Below, piece after piece: positions 57,127 through 64,000 of a stretch of DNA of 64,000 bases. The notes beneath the pieces are model-generated. The model worked only from the letters and a program-made list of their open reading frames with translations, made no database searches and had not been told where the DNA came from. The DNA is from Acutalibacteraceae bacterium. Lineage in GTDB: Bacteria; Bacillota; Clostridia; Oscillospirales; Acutalibacteraceae. Where the stretch lies: NCBI GenBank assembly GCA_045580625.1, contig JAZNOE010000013.1, positions 66,913 through 130,912 on the forward strand. Reading direction: 5' to 3'. A program made the translations under genes and the position numbers. Position 1 is the stretch's first letter. Every line of letters begins with the position of its first letter.

Positions 57127-59706
57127 ATGATTTGGCACAGTTCTTCTAAAGAAGACGTTTTAAATCATTACAGCGTTGATGAAGCGTTTGGTCTTGCAAA
57201 CGGCGCTGCTATTGAAAAACAGGAAATTTACGGCAAAAATATAGTTAGTCAGAATGAAAAGCCTTCGTTTATAAAAAGGTTTTTTGGTGAATTTACAAAG
57301 ACGGGCATTTTACTTATGGTTTTGTCTCTTGTATATTTCTTTGTAACCTACAGTTATGACAGCAAAACCGCTTATTTCGGCTTTCTGGTTATTGCCATAG
57401 TTATAGCAAATGCACTTGTTTCGGCATTTCATTTGTTTGACTGTGAAAACACCTTAAACGATATTAAGCATACTACTAACCCGTCTGTTAAGGTTTTACG
57501 CGACGGTGTTGTTAAAACTGTTAATTCGGTTGAATTAGTCCCCGGTGATATTATGCTTTTAAGTGAGGGCGACTATATTTGTGCCGATGCCCGTTTAATC
57601 GAAACTAATGATTTTCGCTGTAACGAAGTTGTATTAAGTGGGGAAGAGATTCCCGTTGATAAGGAAGCATCATTAATACTTGATGATATTGTTCCGCTTG
57701 AAAAACGAGCAAATATGGTTTTTGCATCTACAACCGCAATTCACGGTAGTGCAAAAGCAGTTGTAATTGCTACAGGTCTTAACACCGAAACAGGCAAATC
57801 CGTCGCAATTAACGAGCAAATCGGCGGTAATACTATGCCGATGCATAATGAACTTAATATAATTTCAAAATCCTTTAATATTATAATTTTGGTTGTTACC
57901 GTGTTGGTTTTCCTTATTACAATGCTCAGGAATTTCAACACTACTGACCCATTTGCGGCGGTTACTCTTACAGCCTTACTTAACGCGACGGCACTTGCAT
58001 TTGCCGCAATGCCCGAAGGTCTTCATGCAATTTCGACAATTGTTATAGCGACAGGCACAAAGCGAATTCTTGATGAAAAAATAATTTTCAAAGACAGCAA
58101 AGCGCTTGAAACCATTGGCAAAACAAACGTTATCTGTGCCGACAAAACAGGTATTTTTACGCAGAATAAAATGGTTTTGGAAGCGATTTATGACGGAAAA
58201 AAGGTTATAAATCTTGCAAACGGTTTTATTGATGATACTGCTTCCGCGGTTTTAAATCTTGCAGCTGCTTGCCGGACACTTGAAAATGATACAACCGAAG
58301 CCGCAATTGCAACAGCGTGTAAGTTGTATAATTTAAAGGGTGAAGCCGAAATTAACACCCTTTTCCCGAAGGTTTCCGTAATACCGTTTGATTCATTGAG
58401 GAAAACAATGACGGTTATTACCATTATAAACGAGCAACCCGTTGCTATTGTTAAGGGCGCACCCGAAATTGTTTTACCAAACTGTGTTGACTGTGATGCT
58501 GAAGGCATTTTAAAAATTAATGATGAAATGGCGGCTGACGGACTAAGAAACGTTGCAATTGCCATTAAGCGCCTTGATGAAATTCCTGCAAACCCCAAGG
58601 CAGAAGAGGTTGAATGCGGTTTGACCTTTGCGGGTATCTTGGGACTTAGTGAGCCGATTCGCGATGAAATTTATGATGATATAAGAATTTGTAACGATGC
58701 CAAAATTAAGGTTGTTATGCTCACGGGGGATAACCTTCAGACAGCATCTTCACTTGCAAAGCAAATTGGCTTAATGACAGATGATTCTCAGGCAATAACC
58801 GGTGCAGACCTTGACGGTTTAACCGATGAAGAGCTTTCCGAAAATATAAACAACTATTGTGTTTTTGCAAGAATTTCGCCACAACATAAGGTGAGAATTG
58901 TTAAGGCCTGGCAGTCGCAAAAAGCAATTGTTACAATAACGGGTGACAGTCTTCAAGATGCCGATGCGCTTGCAGTTGCTGATATCGGATGTGCTATCGG
59001 CAAATTCGGTACAGACGTTGCAAAGGGAAATGCTGACGTTATTATTCTTAGAAACAACTTTGGTTTAATTGTTCGCGCAATTAAAGAAAGCCGCGGATTT
59101 TTCGGTAATATCAAAAAGACTGTTAAATATCTCTGCAGTTGTAATTTTGCAGAATTATTGCTTTTGCTTATCGGATCAATTGCATTTAAAACACCCATTC
59201 TTGTTGCAGTTCAGCTTTTGCTTATTAATCTTTTGACCGACTGCGCGCCTGCAATTTCATTCAGCATGGAACAAGCCGAAAAATCAGTTATGAAGGCAAA
59301 AGGTGCCGAATCCGAGCATAGGCTTTTAAACGTTAAAACCTTTGTTAAAATTGCGCTTCAGGGTCTGTTTATTGCGGTTATATCACTTGCTTCGTATATA
59401 ATCGGATATTTTGTTTCACCCGTTGTTGGAACGACAATGGCATTTGTAACACTTGGCATTTCGCAGCTGCTTCATTGTTTTAATTCAAAGCTTCAGGGAA
59501 GTATATTTAAACGTGAAGTATTTAGTAACCGATTTATGAATCTTTCAGTTTTTGCTACCGCGTTTATCATTATTTTCTTGGCATTCACACCTGTCGGCTT
59601 CCTTTTTGGTCTTACTATCTTAAAGCTTTGGCAGTTTGTTGTTGCCTTTGTATTGGCACTGTTAATTGTACCGCTTTGTGAATTGTTAAAGTATTTTTAT
59701 AAGTAA
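57127..59706 (+). CDS. P-type ATPase, type IIA (Ca2+-ATPase-like), with divergent signature motifs
   Basis: Cation_ATPase_N-like start. SGEE stands in place of TGES, PEGLH in place of PEGLP, and DKTGIFT in place of DKTGTLT. KGAPE and MLTGD are present. TGDSLQD stands in place of TGDGVND. Ten predicted TM segments. Confidence 0.85.
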   Translation: MIWHSSSKEDVLNHYSVDEAFGLANGAAIEKQEIYGKNIVSQNEKPSFIKRFFGEFTKTGILLMVLSLVYFFVTYSYDSKTAYFGFLVIAIVIANALVSAFHLFDCENTLNDIKHTTNPSVKVLRDGVVKTVNSVELVPGDIMLLSEGDYICADARLIETNDFRCNEVVLSGEEIPVDKEASLILDDIVPLEKRANMVFASTTAIHGSAKAVVIATGLNTETGKSVAINEQIGGNTMPMHNELNIISKSFNIIILVVTVLVFLITMLRNFNTTDPFAAVTLTALLNATALAFAAMPEGLHAISTIVIATGTKRILDEKIIFKDSKALETIGKTNVICADKTGIFTQNKMVLEAIYDGKKVINLANGFIDDTASAVLNLAAACRTLENDTTEAAIATACKLYNLKGEAEINTLFPKVSVIPFDSLRKTMTVITIINEQPVAIVKGAPEIVLPNCVDCDAEGILKINDEMAADGLRNVAIAIKRLDEIPANPKAEEVECGLTFAGILGLSEPIRDEIYDDIRICNDAKIKVVMLTGDNLQTASSLAKQIGLMTDDSQAITGADLDGLTDEELSENINNYCVFARISPQHKVRIVKAWQSQKAIVTITGDSLQDADALAVADIGCAIGKFGTDVAKGNADVIILRNNFGLIVRAIKESRGFFGNIKKTVKYLCSCNFAELLLLLIGSIAFKTPILVAVQLLLINLLTDCAPAISFSMEQAEKSVMKAKGAESEHRLLNVKTFVKIALQGLFIAVISLASYIIGYFVSPVVGTTMAFVTLGISQLLHCFNSKLQGSIFKREVFSNRFMNLSVFATAFIIIFLAFTPVGFLFGLTILKLWQFVVAFVLALLIVPLCELLKYFYK

Positions 59707-59739
59707 AAAATAAACCACGTCGAAAGACGTGGTTTTTTT
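59705..59739. terminator. Bidirectional intrinsic terminator between convergent genes
   Basis: AAACCACGTC-GAAA-GACGTGGTTT flanked by an A-run and a T-run. Confidence 0.85.
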
Positions 59740-59740
59740 A

Positions 59741-60475
59741 TTATATAACATATCCGCCGTTAACACCAATGACTTGACCTGTAATATAATCGGCCTGGTC
59801 GCTTGCTAAGAAGAAAATTGTTTGTGCAACCTCATCGGCTGTACCCATGCGACCGAGTGGAACAGTTTCAACAAAATCGGTAAGCTCTTCAATTGTGAGG
59901 TTTGAATTCATAGAAGTTTCAATAATGCCGGGTGCGACAGAATTAACTGTGATACCGCAGGGGGCAAGCTCTTTAGCCAATGCCTTTGTAAGACCAATTA
60001 CACCTGCTTTTGATGCGCTGTAAGCAACCTCGCATGAAGCACCGACCTGACCCCAAATTGAAGACACGTTGATAATTTTACCCGATTTCTGGTTTATCAT
60101 AACCTGTGCTGCGGCCTTGCAGCAGTTAAAGGTGCCTTTAAGGTTTATGTCAATTATACGGTCAAAATCGATTTCATCAGTTTCGGTAATAAGACCTTCA
60201 AATGCAACACCCGCGTTATTAACGATGACGTCAACACTACCGTATTTATAAAGCGCTTCTTTTATGAGCAGTTCTGCTTCAAGACGGTTAGCAACGTTTG
60301 CCTTAATCGGTGTTACCGAAAAGCCGTGCTGTGTAAGTGAACGGGCGAGCAGGGAAGCGGACTCGTATGAGTTGTTGTAATTAAGCACAACGTTATATCC
60401 TTTTTGTGCAAATAAAATTGCGGTTGCTGCACCTATGCCTTTTGAGGCGCCCGTAATAATCGCAGTTTTTTTCAT
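59741..60475 (-). CDS. Short-chain dehydrogenase/reductase (FabG-like 3-oxoacyl reductase family)
   Basis: TGASKGIG cofactor motif, NNAG, and the catalytic motif YSASK. I prefer the ATG at 60475 (MKKTAIITG) after GGAGATG. The 53-codon extension of the ORF is AT-rich junk. Confidence 0.85.
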   Translation of the reverse strand: MKKTAIITGASKGIGAATAILFAQKGYNVVLNYNNSYESASLLARSLTQHGFSVTPIKANVANRLEAELLIKEALYKYGSVDVIVNNAGVAFEGLITETDEIDFDRIIDINLKGTFNCCKAAAQVMINQKSGKIINVSSIWGQVGASCEVAYSASKAGVIGLTKALAKELAPCGITVNSVAPGIIETSMNSNLTIEELTDFVETVPLGRMGTADEVAQTIFFLASDQADYITGQVIGVNGGYVI

Positions 60476-60808
60476 ATAATCATCTCCGTAAATAATATAA
60501 CATATTTTTACAAAAAAATAAAGGGGTATTTTACAATAAATTGAGTTTACATAATTACCGCAATTCAATATATTGTGTGGTTTACATAAAAAGTTTACAT
60601 AACATTTTAAATTATAAAAATTAATGGTTGACATAAAGTTAAAAGTATAGTATAAATAATATATACGGTTAAATTATGCGGTTTTTTAAAGGTTAGCGTC
60701 ATGGTTTTTCGTGCCGCTGTTTTTTTATCTCTTGTTATTGGTTAACATAATATCACGTGTTTTTCTATATCTTGTATTATTATAAAATCTTATGCTATAT
60801 CTTGTTTA

Positions 60809-60837
60809 GCATATCTTGTCCGCATTTTGCATAATAA
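60809..60837 (+). promoter_or_regulatory. Possible sigma-E-type promoter of spoIIM
   Basis: GCATATC (60809-60815) and CATAATAA (60830-60837), 14 nt apart, resemble sigma-E -35 (ATATT-like) and -10 (CATACA-T-like) elements. This is weak pattern evidence only. Confidence 0.25.
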
Positions 60838-60861
60838 TTTCTTACAGAAGGAGATGTTATT

Positions 60862-61491
60862 ATGCAGCGAGGACGTGTTTTAAATTTATCAAAATATCAG
60901 GTTTTATCTTTTCTAAAGACTAATTCTTACTTCTTAATTGGCTTTTTGTTTTTGGGAATCGGCGTTATTTTGGGTCTCATATTTTTTGATGATTTTAAAA
61001 TTGTTTCATATTTTTTAGAACATTTTTTTGACGATTTTATTTCTATAAGGCAAGACAGCAAATTTTTGAAAATTGTTTTTAATTCATTTTTTAAATCAAT
61101 ATTTTTGTTTTTATTTTTATTTATTTCCGGTTCGTCCTTGTTCGGTGTTGTAACCATACCGCTGACGTTATCCTTTAGCGGATTTTTTTACGGCTGTGCT
61201 GTTGCATATTTATATTCTTCATTTGCACTTAAAGGCGTGGCCTTTAACGCGGTGATATTTTTGCCTTCAAGTATTGTTTTGTTAATATTTTTAATTTTTG
61301 CCGCCAGAAGCGCATTGACTTTTTCACTTAATATTGCAAGTCTTACAATGCCAAACAGCACGGGCGGGGATCTGTTTTTACAGTTTAAGGATTATTCGTT
61401 AAAATTTTTGTTTATAACTCTCGGCAGTGTGTCAGCGGCTTTGGTTGATGGCCTTACTGCGGTAAGTATGTTAAAGTTTTTTGAATTCTAA
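60862..61491 (+). CDS. spoIIM: Stage II sporulation protein M-like membrane protein
   Basis: 209-aa polytopic membrane protein with SpoIIM-like topology and length, adjacent to xerD as in Bacillus. Strong RBS AAGGAGA. Confidence 0.6.
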   Translation: MQRGRVLNLSKYQVLSFLKTNSYFLIGFLFLGIGVILGLIFFDDFKIVSYFLEHFFDDFISIRQDSKFLKIVFNSFFKSIFLFLFLFISGSSLFGVVTIPLTLSFSGFFYGCAVAYLYSSFALKGVAFNAVIFLPSSIVLLIFLIFAARSALTFSLNIASLTMPNSTGGDLFLQFKDYSLKFLFITLGSVSAALVDGLTAVSMLKFFEF

Positions 61492-61510
61492 ATTATAGGA
61501 GGTGCAATTA

Positions 61511-62398
61511 GTGAAAAAGCAGATTGAAATTTTTAAGCAGTATCTTGTAAATGAAAAAAAGTCTTCTAAAAATACTGTTGAATCTTACATACGCGACCTT
61601 TCACAGTTTTCCGAATATTGCACTTCTTTAAAAATTACAAATCCACAAAAGGTTAAAACCGCTACAGTTAACGGTTATCTTGAATACCTTTCAAAAGCGG
61701 GTAAATCTGATGCTACAAAGGCAAGAATTACCGCTTCTATCCGCGCTTTTTTCAGATATCTTATCAGCATTGGTGCTGCAAATGAAAACCCCGTTGATAC
61801 AGCTACAAAAAGCAAGGTTGAAAAAAAGCTTCCCGGTGTGCTTGATTCTGCCGAGGTTGTGCGTTTGCTTTCTCAACCGTCGGGGGACGATTATAAATCT
61901 ATCCGAGATAAAGCAATGCTTGAACTTTTGTATGCTACCGGGATAAAGGTGTCAGAGCTTTTAAATCTTCGTGTTTATGACTTTAATCTTCAACTGGGCA
62001 TATTACATCTTCAAAGCGGTAAAAAAGAGCGTATAATCCCAATTTATCCTGCGGCGGTTAAGTCTGTAAGCAATTACCTTGTAAACGTGCGACCCGCAAT
62101 TGTGCTTGAGCCCGACCAGGACAAGCTTTTTACTAATATGAACGGTGCGCCAATGTCAAGACAGGGCTTTTGGAAGCTTATAAAGCATTATGCTGCCGAA
62201 GCGGGAATTACTGAAGAAATTACACCCCATACCTTGCGCCACAGCTTTGCGGCACATTTACTTGAAAACGGTGCGCGCCTGCAGGACATTAAAGAAATGC
62301 TTGGTCACAGTGATATTTCTTCAACTCAAATTTATGCGCAGTACATAAAAAACAAATACACATCAAATTACGCAAGGTTCCATCCGCTTGCTAAGTAA
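61511..62398 (+). CDS. xerD: Tyrosine recombinase XerD/XerC
   Basis: N-terminal SAM-like domain. Catalytic motifs are HTLRHSFA and LGHSDISSTQIY with Tyr. I prefer the GTG at 61511, 8 nt after AGGAGG, because the GTG at 61502 lies inside the RBS. Confidence 0.88.
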   Translation: MKKQIEIFKQYLVNEKKSSKNTVESYIRDLSQFSEYCTSLKITNPQKVKTATVNGYLEYLSKAGKSDATKARITASIRAFFRYLISIGAANENPVDTATKSKVEKKLPGVLDSAEVVRLLSQPSGDDYKSIRDKAMLELLYATGIKVSELLNLRVYDFNLQLGILHLQSGKKERIIPIYPAAVKSVSNYLVNVRPAIVLEPDQDKLFTNMNGAPMSRQGFWKLIKHYAAEAGITEEITPHTLRHSFAAHLLENGARLQDIKEMLGHSDISSTQIYAQYIKNKYTSNYARFHPLAK

Positions 62399-62427
62399 AA
62401 AACGTCCGTTTTCGGGCGTTTTTTTGT
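62397..62427 (+). terminator. Intrinsic terminator
   Basis: AACGTCCG-TTTT-CGGGCGTT followed by a T-run. Confidence 0.8.
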
Positions 62428-62436
62428 ATTTAATTG

Positions 62437-62465
62437 TTGATTATATTAATAAAATATGGTATTAT
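62437..62465 (+). promoter_or_regulatory. Candidate sigma-A promoter (extended -10) of murI
   Basis: TTGATT (62437-62442), 17-nt spacer, TGgTATTAT (62457-62465). Confidence 0.45.
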
Positions 62466-62496
62466 AAATTGAATACGTATGTGAGGAGATGTCATT

Positions 62497-63315
62497 TTGT
62501 CCGATAAACGTGCTATTGGTGTTTTTGATTCGGGTCTCGGCGGTTTAACGGTTGTTAAAGAGCTTTTTAATGCCTTACCGAATGAAAATATAATTTACTT
62601 TGGCGATACGGGTCGCGTTCCTTACGGCACGCGAAGTGTTGAAACCATTAAAAAATATGCCATGCAGGATGAACGTTTTTTAATCAGTCAGGACGTTAAG
62701 CTTATAATCGCGGCCTGCGGTACCGTTTCAAGCGTTGCTTCGGATACGGCCAATGACTTACCTGTCCCTTTTTTTGAGGTTGTATCCCACGCGGCTAAGG
62801 CGGCGGTAAAAGCAACAAAAAACGGCAGAATTGCTGTTATCGGTACAAATGCAACAGTTAAAAGCCGCCAACATGAAAAAATTATCACTTCAATTATGCC
62901 AAGTGCAAAGGTGCTGAATCAAAGCTGTACCTTGTTTGTGCCGCTTGTTGAAGAAGGCTGGTATTCAGCTGATGATATTGTAGTGCTTGAAACGGTAAGC
63001 CGTTATTTAAAGCCTGTTTTCGAATTTGGCGCTGATACTTTAATTTTGGGATGTACCCATTATCCCATTTTAAGTGAAGCAATTCAAAAAATACTAGGGG
63101 ACGGTGTTACCCTTATAAATGCAGGCACGGCGGTTGCCGATGCGGTTAAAGATTATTTATCGCAAAATCAAATTGAAAATGATGGAACGAATAAAAACGG
63201 TCACAGCTTTTACGTAAGTGATAAGCCTGATTCTTTTGCTTCGCAGGCTTCAATTTTACTTGGTAAAGACGTTGACGTTAATAACGTGCAAAAGGTAGAT
63301 ATAAACATTTTATGA
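62497..63315 (+). CDS. murI: Glutamate racemase
   Basis: GVFDSGLGGLTV, the catalytic Cys contexts IIAACGT and LGCTHYP. TTG start after GAGGAG. Confidence 0.93.
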   Translation: MSDKRAIGVFDSGLGGLTVVKELFNALPNENIIYFGDTGRVPYGTRSVETIKKYAMQDERFLISQDVKLIIAACGTVSSVASDTANDLPVPFFEVVSHAAKAAVKATKNGRIAVIGTNATVKSRQHEKIITSIMPSAKVLNQSCTLFVPLVEEGWYSADDIVVLETVSRYLKPVFEFGADTLILGCTHYPILSEAIQKILGDGVTLINAGTAVADAVKDYLSQNQIENDGTNKNGHSFYVSDKPDSFASQASILLGKDVDVNNVQKVDINIL

Positions 63316-63740
63316 TAAAGGACGTAATTATTGATATTAAAACCGAGCAATCGCTTGACGGTCAGAATGACTCAATTGAATTCTCGACCGATGGACGTTT
63401 CGGTGTTAAGGACGGAAGCTATTTCATAAGTTATGATGAAAGCGCACTTTTAGAGGTTTCGGGCGAGGTAAAAACCACCCTTTACGTCAGACCCGATAAT
63501 ACGGTTGTTTTACAGCGAAAGGGCGATTACAACAGCCGTATGGTTATTGAAAAGGGTGTCAGAACAAATTGCTTTTATTCAACACCGGTTGGTGAATTAA
63601 CACTTGGAATTTTCGGTGAAAAGGTATTATCAAATTTGAATGATAACGGCGGAAGCATATCGCTTACGTATCTTATTGATGCTGATGCAAGGCTTTTAAG
63701 CCGTAATAAAGTAAATATTTCTGTCAGAGAGGTTAGTTAA
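63312..63740 (+). CDS. DUF1934-like beta-barrel protein (YwiB family)
   Basis: 142 aa, immediately upstream of argS as ywiB is in Bacillus. Overlaps the murI stop codon. Confidence 0.65.
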   Translation: MIKDVIIDIKTEQSLDGQNDSIEFSTDGRFGVKDGSYFISYDESALLEVSGEVKTTLYVRPDNTVVLQRKGDYNSRMVIEKGVRTNCFYSTPVGELTLGIFGEKVLSNLNDNGGSISLTYLIDADARLLSRNKVNISVREVS

Positions 63741-64000
63741 ATGTCTGTTGTTGTAGCAAATGCAAAGGAACAAATTAAAAATTTAATTTTAAATGCCGCC
63801 GAAAAGGCGATAAATTCAGGCGCTTTGGACAGCGCAGAGCTTCGTGATTTCACAATTGAGGTGCCTAAAGATCGCGCAAACGGTGACTATGCGGTTAATG
63901 CGGCTATGGTGTGGTCAAAGCTTTTCAGAAAGGCTCCCCGAATGATAGCTGAAATTTTAATGGCTAATGCTGAATTTGACGGTACTTATATTGAAAAATA
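63741..64000 (+). CDS. argS: Arginine--tRNA ligase, N-terminal part (continues beyond the window)
   Basis: ATG at 63741 and open to the window end. The N-terminal Arg_tRNA_synt_N-like sequence includes EVPKDRANGDYAVNAAM. Confidence 0.85.
   Translation, partial: MSVVVANAKEQIKNLILNAAEKAINSGALDSAELRDFTIEVPKDRANGDYAVNAAMVWSKLFRKAPRMIAEILMANAEFDGTYIEK

Noticed and set aside
59741-60634. Long 5' extensions offered by the ORF track. The same applies to 15676, 19472, 21868, 26507, 28603, 29838, 35554, 38654, 48350, 51686, 55177, 55513 and 56246.
   Set aside because: The extensions run through terminators, riboswitch platforms, promoters or upstream genes, and they lack an RBS. In every case an internal start with a Shine-Dalgarno sequence gives the conserved N-terminus.
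60701-60745. 14-codon hydrophobic mini-ORF in the spoIIM upstream region
   Set aside because: It has only a weak RBS-like AAAGG and no supporting conservation data. I mention it under the intergenic-repeat finding but do not call it a gene.

Overview
This is a 64-kb segment of a low-GC Firmicutes chromosome of Clostridia type, from an endospore-former lineage (spo0A, spoIIM, yabP/yabQ present). The family cannot be determined from the sequence alone. It carries about 70 genes, almost all on the + strand and almost all core housekeeping. In order they are: a reduced dcw cluster (PBP-murE-mraY-ftsW-murG-murA-ftsQ-ftsZ), T-box(Trp)-trpB, tRNA-Thr and tRNA-Arg, uvrC, lysine riboswitch-nhaC, ttcA, tcdA, spo0A, recJ-relA-dtd, hemZ, mtnN, hup, yabO-yabP-yabQ-divIC-yabR, FMN riboswitch-ribU, SAM riboswitch-metK, infC-rpmI-rplT, dprA-topA-trmFO, plsX-rnc-smc-ftsY, rdgB-yhbY-nadD-yqeK-rsfS-leuS, secG, rpsU, a P-type ATPase, spoIIM, xerD, murI and the 5' end of argS. 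I found no CRISPR array, transposase, integrase, prophage or recognisable defence or toxin system. The unusual signal is non-coding and lies at 10.47-13.6 kb and 20.3-20.5 kb. (1) The 3' end of tRNA-Arg, its terminator and a 32-nt box are tandemly duplicated. (2) A 215-240 bp protein-less element occurs three times, with conserved ends and GTAGGG-hairpin (REP-like) modules inside. Two inverted copies bracket a secreted esterase gene, and one solo copy starts inside the spo0A stop codon. The main protein-level oddity is that Spo0A carries Glu instead of the phospho-acceptor Asp. All calls come from reading the sequence and ORF translations; no database search was possible.
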